Assembly (NCBI GenBank): GCA_948466345.1
Contig: CAOKAC010000001.1
Coordinates: forward strand, 194,283 to 258,282
Direction: 5' to 3'
Length of the DNA: 64,000 bases
Origin: an uncultured Clostridia bacterium
GTDB lineage: Bacteria > Bacillota > Clostridia > Oscillospirales > CAG-272
In this document: one piece after another, positions 38,570 through 48,185 of the stretch
Numbering within the stretch: the stretch's first letter is position 1
Layout of the letters: each line of letters begins with the position of its first letter
Made by a program: the position numbers and the translations under genes
The notes under the pieces: generated by a model
Told to the model about the DNA's origin: nothing
Database searches by the model: none
What the model saw: only the letters and a program-made list of their open reading frames with translations

Positions 38570-40837
38570 ATGAATCAATGGATCGTGGGGAACGCACGGT
38601 TTACCGCAATTGCCGATGGGGTAATCCGTATGGAATATGCCAACGACGCCGTTTTTGCAGACGGCGCCACATTATTTGCCAATCGGCCCCGTCCTTCTGC
38701 AAAGGCAAACTGCACGAAAGACGGCAATATCGTCACCATTGCTACGAAAAAATATACACTTACCTACCATGTCGGCGCACCCTTCACGCCGGAAAGCCTG
38801 TCTGCAAAAATTCACACCGGGAATGTGGAAACCTCATGGAAATACGCAGACAAAAGTGAGGGCAATCTAGGTGGAACGCTGGCCACACTGGATGGGGTAG
38901 ACGGGCACAGGCCACTCCCAGACGGGCTGCTGTCACGAGATGGATGGTATGTGATAGATGATTCGGGCACGCCTGTTTTCGCAGACGGCTGGCTGCAGAA
39001 GCGCAGCGAAAAGCATGTATGTGATTTATACTTTTTTGCCTACGGACACGACTATCCCGCGGCGTTGCGGGATCTGGCTTTTGTCTCCGGGAAAATGGCC
39101 CTGCCCCGCAAATACACATTGGGTTCCTGGTATTCTCGCTGGTGGCGGTATAGTGCAGAACAGTTTCTCCAGATTGTGGATGAATACGACGCCAACGACT
39201 TTCCTCTGGATATTTTGGTTATGGATATGGACTGGCATTATCAGGACTGGGGCTATCAGGAGGGGGATCCCCGTGCCCTATTCGGTTACGGCCATGCCGG
39301 CGGAAATTTGGGGTGGACTGGGTATACTTGGAACAGGCGGGAAATTCCAGACCCTAAAGGACTGCTTGCAGAACTGCATAGGCGTGGAATTGCCGTCACT
39401 CTCAACGACCATCCAGCGGATGGGATACGAGATCATGAGGAAACATATCCCACGTTTATGAATCTACTGCGCAAAAAGCAGTATAAAGAAGAAGTGCCCG
39501 ACATTCCGGATAAACAGTCGGCAAAGGAACGGGAAAATCCCCGACAAGATGTTGTAAACTATCGATTCAACGCTGGCAATCGGGATTATATGGACGCATT
39601 CTTTGAAAGCACCCACACGCAATACGAAAAAATGGGAGTGGATTTCTGGTGGCTGGACTGGCAGCAGGACTATCTATATTCCCACGTAAACGGACTGGAA
39701 CCTCTGGCCCATTTGCCATGGCTCAATTATCTGTACTATGAACACTCCAGAAAGAATGGGGGACGAGGCATGTCCTTCTCCCGCTGGGGCGGCTTTGGCG
39801 ATCATAAGCATCCCGCTTATTTTTCAGGGGATACCATTTCCACATGGGATACCCTGGCCTTTGAAATTTATATGACTGTGAGCGCTGGAAACGTAGGCTG
39901 CTTCTGGTGGAGTCACGATATCGGCGGCTTTGAAGACCCAAACCCTGAGAAACAGTCTGAACTATATGTACGCTGGGTGCAGTTCGGTATTACTTCAGCG
40001 GCCTTGCGGCTGCATGTATGCGGCAATGAAAAAATTGACCGTCGTCCCTGGACATGGGGGGAACCTTATTGCTCTGCTATGCGAGAGATGTTCCATCTGC
40101 GGTCTATGCTAATTCCATATTTGTATTCCATAGCCTATAAGAGTTACCGGGACAGCGTACCCATGCTGCGGCCCCTGTATCTTTTTGACAGCGAAAATAA
40201 AGAAGCATACAACCATCCCACTACCTACTATCTGGGCGACTCTATGCTCGCTTCTCCCGTCTGTGTTCCGGGGGAAGGGGAAACCTTCACCGCCCGCTCC
40301 CAGGTGTATCTTCCTGCAGGCGTGTGGTACGACTACTTTACCGGAGCACGATATGACGGCGGTCAGGCAGTCTCCACCCAAAATGATCTGTACTCCTTTC
40401 CCCTATTCATAAAAGCGGGCAGACCGCTCCCCATGCAGCCCTATACCAACCGAATGACTACTACCCCGCTCACGCACCTGATTGTAAAAATTTTCGCAGG
40501 AGAACATCCCCTTTCCGAAAGCTTTACGTTGTTTGAAGACGACGGCGTGACCGAAAGCTATATGTCCGGCGCATACAGAGCCACAGAGCTTGCCTATACA
40601 TATGACGGAAAATATTGTACCTTCTCCTATACGCCCACCGGAAACGGATATGCAGGGGAATGTACCTGCAGAACCGTTTCCGTGGAACTGTATGATATAG
40701 AAAAAATGCGATGTGCACACGCTCCAAAAGGCACGGTCTTTACCTATGACCCCACCAAACGATGCGGGAGATTGGACATTCCCGATATTTATATTTCTCC
40801 ATCGTCCCCCTTCTCCGTAACCTTGACTCGTATATAA
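38570..40837 (+). CDS. Glycoside hydrolase family 31 (alpha-glucosidase/alpha-xylosidase-like), cytoplasmic
   Basis: ORF trimmed to ATG 38570 (MNQWIVGNARF; GGAGG upstream). ILVMDMDWH, VDFWWLDWQQ (nucleophile region), FWWSHDIGGF (acid/base region); no signal peptide. Confidence 0.85.
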   Translation: MNQWIVGNARFTAIADGVIRMEYANDAVFADGATLFANRPRPSAKANCTKDGNIVTIATKKYTLTYHVGAPFTPESLSAKIHTGNVETSWKYADKSEGNLGGTLATLDGVDGHRPLPDGLLSRDGWYVIDDSGTPVFADGWLQKRSEKHVCDLYFFAYGHDYPAALRDLAFVSGKMALPRKYTLGSWYSRWWRYSAEQFLQIVDEYDANDFPLDILVMDMDWHYQDWGYQEGDPRALFGYGHAGGNLGWTGYTWNRREIPDPKGLLAELHRRGIAVTLNDHPADGIRDHEETYPTFMNLLRKKQYKEEVPDIPDKQSAKERENPRQDVVNYRFNAGNRDYMDAFFESTHTQYEKMGVDFWWLDWQQDYLYSHVNGLEPLAHLPWLNYLYYEHSRKNGGRGMSFSRWGGFGDHKHPAYFSGDTISTWDTLAFEIYMTVSAGNVGCFWWSHDIGGFEDPNPEKQSELYVRWVQFGITSAALRLHVCGNEKIDRRPWTWGEPYCSAMREMFHLRSMLIPYLYSIAYKSYRDSVPMLRPLYLFDSENKEAYNHPTTYYLGDSMLASPVCVPGEGETFTARSQVYLPAGVWYDYFTGARYDGGQAVSTQNDLYSFPLFIKAGRPLPMQPYTNRMTTTPLTHLIVKIFAGEHPLSESFTLFEDDGVTESYMSGAYRATELAYTYDGKYCTFSYTPTGNGYAGECTCRTVSVELYDIEKMRCAHAPKGTVFTYDPTKRCGRLDIPDIYISPSSPFSVTLTRI

Positions 40838-40866
40838 AAAAACGGCAGCTATGCTACCGTTTTTTT
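40836..40866. terminator. Bidirectional hairpin terminator between the convergent GH31 and LRR genes
   Basis: AAAAAA-ACGGCAGC-TAT-GCTACCGT-TTTTTT (one mismatch, G.U on the minus strand). Confidence 0.65.
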
Positions 40867-42265
40867 AATCTATGATAGACACCGCGATCTCATTGACACT
40901 GCAATATTCCGCAATCTTGCTGTTCTTGTTACAGCGCACCGTTGCATGATCCGTATAGGCAAGAATGCCCTCACCAATGGTATCTACCGAGTTCGGCACA
41001 GTGATAGATGTAAGCTTTTCCATTCCAGAAAAAGCATATGCATCCACCAGTGTAACTCCGTCCGGAATTGTAAGCTCTGTGATCCGCTCACAACCCACAA
41101 AGGCATATACGCCGATTTCCCGGAGTCCACGAGGAAGCTCCATCTCCCGCAGATTGCTGCACTTCGCAAAGGTAGAATTTGGAATGGACGTTATCGCATT
41201 GGAAAGCGTCGCTTTTTTTAGAGCTGTACAGTCGGCAAAAACAGATATGCCCAAAGTCTCCACGGAATCCGGCATACTGATCTCCGACAAAGAAATACAG
41301 TGACAGAAAGCAGACTCTCCAATGCTTTTCAGCGTATCCGGGAGAGCAATCGACTTTAGGCTCTCGCAGTAATAAAACGCTGCTATTCCAATAGACTCCA
41401 AGTTTGTGGGCAAGGTCACCTTTTCCAGATTCAGACAGTTATTGAACGTGGCCTCCTCAATCGCGGTAACGCCTGCAGGGATTCGAATCTCTGTCAGCCC
41501 TTCGCATAGATTGAAGGTATTTGCGCCAATGTACTCCACAGAATCCGGCATATCGATTTGCTCCAGAGCGGCGCATCCCTCAAAGGCGCTTTCTCCAATG
41601 GACTTTACTCCGTCTGGAATCTCAATTTCTTCCAGTGCCGTACACATAAAAAATGCGCTGTCTCCCACAGCTTCCAAGGCTGGTGGCAATTCTATTTCCT
41701 TTAGCGCCCGACAATAGGAAAACGCACCCTCTCCAATTTCAGTAACCGTATCGGGAATATTGACTTCTTCCAGCTTGGAGCAGTATACAAAGGTTCCCAG
41801 CTCAATCTCTTTCGTGCCATCGGGAATCGTGATGCGTTTGAGATTCTTGGCGTTGCCGAAGGAATGGGCTTCGAATCGCTTTATTGTATCCGGAAGCACG
41901 ATTTCTTCCATAACACTTTCTTCCTCTTGATTAAAGCAGCCAAGCCCAATTGTATTCACGGTATATCCTTTGATTTCCGCCGGAATCTCCACTAAAATAT
42001 CGCTCCCTGTATAACCGGTGAGCGTAGCGGTATCATCGTCATATACGGAATAGATAAAATCCTTCCACTTCTGATTTTCCATCACAAGGGAGGCGCCATT
42101 TACATTTTGCCCGTCCGCCACTTCCTTACCCCTTGCAAACAGATATACAAGTACGGCGCTGGCCGCTGCAAGCAAAACCACCAAAGCGATAATCACAATG
42201 ATCCAAATTATCTTTTTAGACCGTCCCTTTTTTACGCTCGTGTCATTTACTTGTTTCTTTTCCAT
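40865..42265 (-). CDS. Membrane-anchored BspA-type leucine-rich-repeat surface protein
   Basis: 466 aa; N-terminal TM IIWIIVIIALVVLLAAASAVLVYLFA, then about 13 LRR_5 repeats (IPD.V..IG..AF..C..L). Confidence 0.8.
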   Translation of the reverse strand: MEKKQVNDTSVKKGRSKKIIWIIVIIALVVLLAAASAVLVYLFARGKEVADGQNVNGASLVMENQKWKDFIYSVYDDDTATLTGYTGSDILVEIPAEIKGYTVNTIGLGCFNQEEESVMEEIVLPDTIKRFEAHSFGNAKNLKRITIPDGTKEIELGTFVYCSKLEEVNIPDTVTEIGEGAFSYCRALKEIELPPALEAVGDSAFFMCTALEEIEIPDGVKSIGESAFEGCAALEQIDMPDSVEYIGANTFNLCEGLTEIRIPAGVTAIEEATFNNCLNLEKVTLPTNLESIGIAAFYYCESLKSIALPDTLKSIGESAFCHCISLSEISMPDSVETLGISVFADCTALKKATLSNAITSIPNSTFAKCSNLREMELPRGLREIGVYAFVGCERITELTIPDGVTLVDAYAFSGMEKLTSITVPNSVDTIGEGILAYTDHATVRCNKNSKIAEYCSVNEIAVSIID

Positions 42266-42779
42266 ACCCCTGCTCCTTCACACATTTCTTTTTCTTATCC
42301 CGACTGTGCAATACACTTGATACAATACACAAAACCACGCCGACACCACATATAGCCAAAAAAATCTGGAAAGGAAGATACGATACAATCGCGCCCGCGC
42401 TTTCCCTTCCCCGATCCAAAAATGCCATTAGAAGCATTCCCGCTCCGCCGCAGAAAAGCAGTGCCGCTCCCGCCATCCGACAGCCGTACCACCCGGGCAG
42501 CACAGCCGGCTGTGCTTTGTTTGGAAACATAGCCCCTACCATTCCCTCACGGGAGAGGCCGAACAGGAGATAATTTCCGGTAACATGCAAAATAGATGCC
42601 GCCCGGCGCACTGCGTCAGTATCGGGCGACTGTGTTCCCGCCTCCCATGTAGCATAGGTTTCCAGGGACACCTCCAGACGCTGCGCTAGTTCCTGCGCTG
42701 AGAGGCCTGCCTTTTCCCGGGACTCTCGCAAACGGTCTGCCAGCGTGCGCTGTTCTTCTGTTTTATCTGTATCTTTCAC
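42243..42779 (-). CDS. Membrane-tethered XRE-family helix-turn-helix protein
   Basis: 178 aa (GTG start); HTH LRESREKAGLSAQELAQRLEVSLETYATWEAG, then 2-3 TM segments. 3' end overlaps the LRR gene by 23 nt. Confidence 0.7.
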   Translation of the reverse strand: MKDTDKTEEQRTLADRLRESREKAGLSAQELAQRLEVSLETYATWEAGTQSPDTDAVRRAASILHVTGNYLLFGLSREGMVGAMFPNKAQPAVLPGWYGCRMAGAALLFCGGAGMLLMAFLDRGRESAGAIVSYLPFQIFLAICGVGVVLCIVSSVLHSRDKKKKCVKEQGYGKETSK

Positions 42780-42885
42780 CTTATCATTCCCCAGTTCTTT
42801 AGAAAACTGTTTTATTGTAGCATATTTTCCATACTGTTTCCACTATTTTTTGTAAATATTACATCCGTGCGGCTTCACCCTTCCC

Positions 42886-42914
42886 TTGATTTTCCATTTC
42901 ATGTCTGGTATACT
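42886..42914 (+). promoter_or_regulatory. Sigma-A promoter for the RHH gene and purB
   Basis: TTGATT-17 nt-TATACT. Confidence 0.5.
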
Positions 42915-42948
42915 GTATTCTACAGGAAACAAAAGGGCAGGATGTGTT

Positions 42949-43170
42949 ATGAAAGCAAAAGCAGAATTTACCGTACGCTTGGATTCCCAACTGTACAAAA
43001 AACTTTTGTACGTTGCCGCGCGTGAGAACAACTCTCTTAACAACCATCTTTTGCATATTATCCGCAGCAACGTACAGTATTTCGAGAAAACCCACGGAAA
43101 AATCAATACAGCGGTGATACAGCTGCCGCAGGAAGATACCCAGGAGGAAACCACAAAAAATGAACAATAA
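42949..43170 (+). CDS. Small Arc/MetJ-type ribbon-helix-helix protein
   Basis: ORF trimmed to ATG 42949: MKAKAEFTVRLDSQLYKKLLYVAARENNSLNNHLLHIIRSNV (beta-strand, helix, helix pattern). 3' end overlaps the purB start by 11 nt. Confidence 0.55.
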   Translation: MKAKAEFTVRLDSQLYKKLLYVAARENNSLNNHLLHIIRSNVQYFEKTHGKINTAVIQLPQEDTQEETTKNEQ

Positions 43171-44593
43171 CAAAAATTATGAAAGCCCCTTTTCCACAAG
43201 ATACGCCAGCGCCGAAATGCAGTATCTCTTTTCAGCCGATATGAAGTTTACCACCTGGCGGGCATTGTGGATTGCACTGGCAGAAGCAGAACAGCGAGAA
43301 GGGCTGGACATCACTGACGCCCAGCTTGCCCAGATGCGAGCTCACGAAAAAGACGTGGATTACGCGGCTGCAGCCTCCTATGAAAAAGAGCTTCGGCACG
43401 ATGTAATGGCCCATATCCACGCTTGGGGAGACCAGATTCCCGGTGCACGCGCCATCATTCACCTAGGAGCCACCTCCTGCTATGTAGGGGACAATACCGA
43501 TATGATTATCATGAAAAAGGCTCTGGATCTGGTTCGAGGCAAGCTGCTGCGCGTGATTCAGAATCTGCGGAATTTTGCCATGGAATATCGGGACATGCCC
43601 GCACTGGCATATACCCATCTTCAGCCCGCTCAGCTGACTACGGTGGGGAAACGGGCTACCCTCTGGCTCTATGACCTGCTGCTGGATCTGGAGGACTTGG
43701 ATTACGTGGCAGGGGGCCTGCTTCTGCTGGGATCCAAAGGAACAACCGGTACCCAGGCAAGCTTTCTAGAACTCTTTGACGGGGATAGCGAAAAGGTTGC
43801 CAGAGCAGAAGAATATATCGCGGCCAAATTTGGCTTTGCAGGCTGTGTGCCTGTCAGCGGGCAAACCTATACTAGAAAGCACGACAGCCGGGTTATGTCC
43901 GTTTTGTCCGGTATCGCACAGTCCGCTTATAAATTTTCCGGGGACATGCGCATCGCCCAATCCTTTATGGAAATGGAAGAACCCTTTGAAAAGCATCAGA
44001 TCGGCTCCTCCGCTATGCCCTACAAACGCAACCCCATGCGCAGTGAACGAATCGCCGCACTGGCCCGCTATGTGATTACGGATTCTTTGAATCCGGCCAT
44101 TACTGCCGGTACCCAGTGGTTTGAACGCACCCTGGACGACAGCGCCAACAAACGTATTTCTATGGCGGAAGCATTTCTTGCTGTAGATGCAATTCTCAAT
44201 ATTTATATCAACATCTCCCAGGGAATCGTTGTCAATCCTATGGTTGTCCGCTCCCGAGTGATGGACAACCTGCCCTATATGGCCAGCGAAAACATTATGA
44301 TGGAAGCAGTGAAACGGGGAGGCGACCGGCAAGAACTCCACGAACGGATTCGTGTGCACTCTATTGCCAGTGCAGAACAGGTAAAAAAATACGGCAAACG
44401 GCATGATTTGATTCAGCGCATCGAAGGGGATCCGCTCTTCCCTCTGACAAAGGAAGAAATTGAAGCCCAGCTGCAGCCGGAGCACTACATCGGACGCAGC
44501 GCAGAGCAGGTTTGTGCTTTTGTAGACACCGTTGACGCTTTGCTGGAACAGAACCGTGCTTCAATGGGAGAGGGCGCGGAACTTACTGTTTGA
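43160..44593 (+). CDS. purB: Adenylosuccinate lyase
   Basis: 477 aa; PFSTRYAS.EM, GSSAMPYKRNP fumarate-lyase signature. Confidence 0.95.
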   Translation: MNNNKNYESPFSTRYASAEMQYLFSADMKFTTWRALWIALAEAEQREGLDITDAQLAQMRAHEKDVDYAAAASYEKELRHDVMAHIHAWGDQIPGARAIIHLGATSCYVGDNTDMIIMKKALDLVRGKLLRVIQNLRNFAMEYRDMPALAYTHLQPAQLTTVGKRATLWLYDLLLDLEDLDYVAGGLLLLGSKGTTGTQASFLELFDGDSEKVARAEEYIAAKFGFAGCVPVSGQTYTRKHDSRVMSVLSGIAQSAYKFSGDMRIAQSFMEMEEPFEKHQIGSSAMPYKRNPMRSERIAALARYVITDSLNPAITAGTQWFERTLDDSANKRISMAEAFLAVDAILNIYINISQGIVVNPMVVRSRVMDNLPYMASENIMMEAVKRGGDRQELHERIRVHSIASAEQVKKYGKRHDLIQRIEGDPLFPLTKEEIEAQLQPEHYIGRSAEQVCAFVDTVDALLEQNRASMGEGAELTV

Positions 44594-44606
44594 TAAAATA
44601 CAAATG

Positions 44607-44635
44607 AAAAGCCTTCCTAATAGGAAGGCTTTTTT
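44607..44635. terminator. Bidirectional hairpin terminator (purB / BNR genes)
   Basis: AAAA-GCCTTCC-TAATA-GGAAGGC-TTTTTT. Confidence 0.75.
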
Positions 44636-45772
44636 CTATTTTTCCAAAGGATGCAGGCTCCATCTGGAACAAAGTACGCTGGTCCACCATTCACCCGGGA
44701 ATTTCTGATAATATACGGAGAGGATAGATCCATCACGCAATTCAACCGATGCAGGATATCCCATGTCGCAGAAAAAGTCCAGTCTGTCATCAATGGCATA
44801 ATCCTGTGTCCAGGTTTCTCCCATATCATAGCTGACAACCGCACGCTCGCAGCGACTGCCGTTCGTACGACAGCTATAGGAACAAACCACTGCGCCGGAG
44901 GAATGCACCATCAGGTGGGGCGGACTGCCATCCACACCAGTACCTACAGGCTTTGACCAAGTCTTTCCCTTATCATCGGAATACGTAACGAATACCGTAA
45001 AACCTGGATCCATTTCTTCGTTGTGGGTACGAATCGCCCCCAGCAATCTACCGCCAGGCAGCTCCACAACATGAGGTTCAAACATATTATATGCATTCAC
45101 CGTCTCGCCCCGGGGGCCTGTCGTATCAGGAACCTCCCCCGCAAAATTCCAAGTATAACCTCCGTCGACGCTGGTATAGCAGGTAATAGGCGGACGGGCA
45201 TCACTGTCTTCATGAAAGACATTTCCAAGATAAACCAATGTGCCATCTTTGCAAACGGAAGGACCGTGAGGAGCTGTTATAGGAAGACGGACAGGATCGC
45301 TCCACGTCACCCCATAGTCGTCGCTCATCATTACAAAGGAACCGGCGCTGGAAGTATATTCATCCCCGGAAAGCTTCTTCCATGCCTCGGAAAAACCCCA
45401 AGATATAGCCTTGTCCTTCTCCTCAAACCAATCATATTCCTGAATCTGATCATTGTAATTATCCGGCGCCTGGGAAAACCAGCTGACAATTAATTTGCCG
45501 CCGCCCAAATAGCAGATGCCCATATCCCGGTCATCCACAAAAGAATCGTTTAAAACGATAGGCCTTGTCCAGGTTTTGCCCTGATCATAGCTCATGTACA
45601 TACAGCCTTTACCGCAGGGATCTACATGAGACAGACGCAAGGACGATGCAACTGCATAAAGCACGCCTCGATCATCCATGCATACGGAAGGCCAACCATT
45701 GTATTTAAAAAATTTGTTTCCCTTATCATTTGTTATCCGATAATGCTGGGTTTCTGGTGTATAAATTTTCAT
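44636..45772 (-). CDS. BNR/Asp-box beta-propeller protein (sialidase-like), paralog A, no signal peptide
   Basis: 378 aa; five SxDxGxTW boxes: SYDQGKTW, SDDYGVTW, SVDGGYTW, SDDKGKTW, SYDMGETW. Confidence 0.75.
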   Translation of the reverse strand: MKIYTPETQHYRITNDKGNKFFKYNGWPSVCMDDRGVLYAVASSLRLSHVDPCGKGCMYMSYDQGKTWTRPIVLNDSFVDDRDMGICYLGGGKLIVSWFSQAPDNYNDQIQEYDWFEEKDKAISWGFSEAWKKLSGDEYTSSAGSFVMMSDDYGVTWSDPVRLPITAPHGPSVCKDGTLVYLGNVFHEDSDARPPITCYTSVDGGYTWNFAGEVPDTTGPRGETVNAYNMFEPHVVELPGGRLLGAIRTHNEEMDPGFTVFVTYSDDKGKTWSKPVGTGVDGSPPHLMVHSSGAVVCSYSCRTNGSRCERAVVSYDMGETWTQDYAIDDRLDFFCDMGYPASVELRDGSILSVYYQKFPGEWWTSVLCSRWSLHPLEK

Positions 45773-45794
45773 TTTTCTTTTCCTTTCCGGGCTC

Positions 45795-46955
45795 TCACTT
45801 TTGCGGCATCAGTCTCCAGCGAGTGCACTGCACGCTGGTCCAATACTCGCCGGGAATCGGATGGTAATAAAGCGTGAGAATGGAACCATCGGAAAGCTCA
45901 ACAGATGAAGGATATCCCATATCCTTCTGATTTCCAAATCGATGGTCCAAAGCGTAATCCTGGGTCCAAGTTTCTCCCATGTCATAGCTGACGGCGGCAC
46001 GCTCACAGCGAATGCCATCCGTGCGGCAGCTGTAGGAACATATCACCGCGCCGGAGGAGTGCACCATCAGATGGGGAGGACTCCCATCTACGCCAATACC
46101 TGTAGGCTTAGACCAAGTCTTTCCCTTATCATCGGAATATGTAATAAATACTGTAAAACCAGGGTTCATTTCCTCATTGTGGGTGCGGATGGCGCCCATC
46201 AGCCTGCCATCCGGCAGTTCTATAACGTGGGGCTCGAACATGTTGTACGCATTCACCGTCTCGCCGCCGGGGCCCTGTGTATCCGGCACCTCCCCTGCAA
46301 AATCCCAGGTATAGCCGCCATCGGAACTAGTATAGCAGGTAATGGGTGGGCGTACTTCTTTGCCATTTTCATCTTCATATGAATACGTATCATTATACAG
46401 CATATTGCCCAGATAAACCAATGTACCGTCCTTACAAACGGAAGGACCGTGAGGACCCAGTATGGGAAGGCGGACCGGATCGCTCCACGTTACTCCATAG
46501 TCGTCGCTCATCATTACAAAGGAACCGGCACAGGCAAGATATTCTTCCTTTGGAAGCAACCGCCAGGCTTTTGAAAACCCTGCAACAATCGCCTTGTCCG
46601 CCGCGCCAAACCAATCATATTCCTGAATCTGATCATGATAATTTGTAGGGGCCTCTGAAAACCAGCTGACAATCAATTTACCGCCGCCTAGATAACAGAT
46701 GCCCATATCCCGGTCATCTACATAAGAATCGTTGAGAACCATAGGCTTCGTCCATGTTTGGCCCTCATCGTAGCTCATATACATGCAGTTTTTTCCGCAG
46801 GGGCAGGCATGGGACAATCGCATTGAGGATGCAACTGCGTAAAGCACGCCCCGCTCATCCTTACATATAGACGGCCAGCCGTTGTATTTAAAAAATTTGT
46901 TTCCTTTATCGGTTGTCACCCGATAATGCTGCACTTCCGGTGTGAAAATTTTCAT
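45795..46955 (-). CDS. BNR/Asp-box beta-propeller protein (sialidase-like), paralog B, no signal peptide
   Basis: 386 aa; roughly 80% identical by eye to paralog A, with an 8-aa insertion (NDTYSYEDENGKEV); the same five Asp boxes. Confidence 0.75.
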   Translation of the reverse strand: MKIFTPEVQHYRVTTDKGNKFFKYNGWPSICKDERGVLYAVASSMRLSHACPCGKNCMYMSYDEGQTWTKPMVLNDSYVDDRDMGICYLGGGKLIVSWFSEAPTNYHDQIQEYDWFGAADKAIVAGFSKAWRLLPKEEYLACAGSFVMMSDDYGVTWSDPVRLPILGPHGPSVCKDGTLVYLGNMLYNDTYSYEDENGKEVRPPITCYTSSDGGYTWDFAGEVPDTQGPGGETVNAYNMFEPHVIELPDGRLMGAIRTHNEEMNPGFTVFITYSDDKGKTWSKPTGIGVDGSPPHLMVHSSGAVICSYSCRTDGIRCERAAVSYDMGETWTQDYALDHRFGNQKDMGYPSSVELSDGSILTLYYHPIPGEYWTSVQCTRWRLMPQK

Positions 46956-47031
46956 TTTACTTCCTTTCCTTAATAAGGATTTATTTTTTATTTATATCTA
47001 TGCTTATACTGCGTGATACCAGCAGCTACTT

Positions 47032-47964
47032 TTATTCTCCAGCAAACAGCGGGGTGGAAAAGTAGCGCTCCGCTGTGTCCGGCAATATCGTCACCACCGT
47101 TTTCCCCGGCCCCAGCTTTTTTGCAAGCTTCAGCGCTGCGCAAACATTGGTTCCTGCGGATATCCCGCACATCATTCCTTCTAAACGAGCCAACTGCCGG
47201 GCTGTCCCAAGGGCCTCATCATCGGTAACAATACAAACCTCGCTGTAAATATTGCAGTTGAGAATCGGAGGAATCAAACCGTCCCCGATACCCATCTGAA
47301 TATGGGTGCCAATGTTGCCGCCTGCCAAAATAGCTGCATTTTCCGGTTCTACCGCCCAGATTTCAATATCCGGATTTTGGGCACGGAGTACCTCTCCAAT
47401 TCCGGTAATGGTGCCGCCTGTTCCAATCCCCGAGCAGAAGCCGTGGATCGGCCCTGCCACCTGCTCCAGTAGTTCCACTCCTGTGTGATGCCTATGCGCC
47501 ATAGGATTGGCTGCATTTTCAAACTGTTGAGGAACAAATACCTTTGGATCCTCCCGCGCCATGGTAAGTGCGCGGTTGAGGCATTCCTCAATGCAATCGC
47601 CGATATTGCCTGCATCATGTACCAATATTACCTGTGCTCCATAATGCTGTACCAGCTTACGTCGTTCTTCACTGACAGAGTCCGGCATAATAATAATGGT
47701 GCGGTATCCGCGCACAGCCCCCACTAGGGCAAGCCCTATGCCCTGATTTCCACTGGTTGGCTCCACGATTGTAGTACCCGGGCCAATGAGTCCCTTTTTT
47801 TCTGCATCCAAAATCATGTTGTACGCAGTTCTGGTCTTGATAGAGCCTCCTACATTCAGTCCTTCAAATTTCACCAAAACTTCCGCCATATCTGGCCCGG
47901 TCATTCTGGAAAGCCGAATTACCGGGGTATGCCCCATCGCTTCCAATATATTGCTGCAAATCAT
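47032..47964 (-). CDS. cysK: Cysteine synthase family PLP enzyme
   Basis: ORF trimmed to ATG 47964 (MICSNILEAMGHTPVIRL; GGAG 6 nt upstream). GGSIKTR (PLP lysine), TSGNQGIGLA, GIGTGGTITG. Confidence 0.75.
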   Translation of the reverse strand: MICSNILEAMGHTPVIRLSRMTGPDMAEVLVKFEGLNVGGSIKTRTAYNMILDAEKKGLIGPGTTIVEPTSGNQGIGLALVGAVRGYRTIIIMPDSVSEERRKLVQHYGAQVILVHDAGNIGDCIEECLNRALTMAREDPKVFVPQQFENAANPMAHRHHTGVELLEQVAGPIHGFCSGIGTGGTITGIGEVLRAQNPDIEIWAVEPENAAILAGGNIGTHIQMGIGDGLIPPILNCNIYSEVCIVTDDEALGTARQLARLEGMMCGISAGTNVCAALKLAKKLGPGKTVVTILPDTAERYFSTPLFAGE

Positions 47965-48156
47965 ATACGTCTCCAATTGCCTATCGGCATTATAATCTTT
48001 TAACATTATACACACAAGCGGGGCGGATTGCAACAACATCCCCCATTTTCCATCAGCAGTTTTTCCTTCACAGTTTTTCTGATGGATCGGTTGCTAAAAA
48101 TGTATAGCTGTGTCTGCAACGTCATTGCCTTTCTAAATCTTTTTTCAAAAAAGGGA

Positions 48157-48185
48157 TTGACAAATCCAGAAAAATCTTGTATTAT
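48157..48185 (+). promoter_or_regulatory. Sigma-A promoter of the GntR-ABC operon
   Basis: TTGACA-17 nt-TATTAT. Confidence 0.6.
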
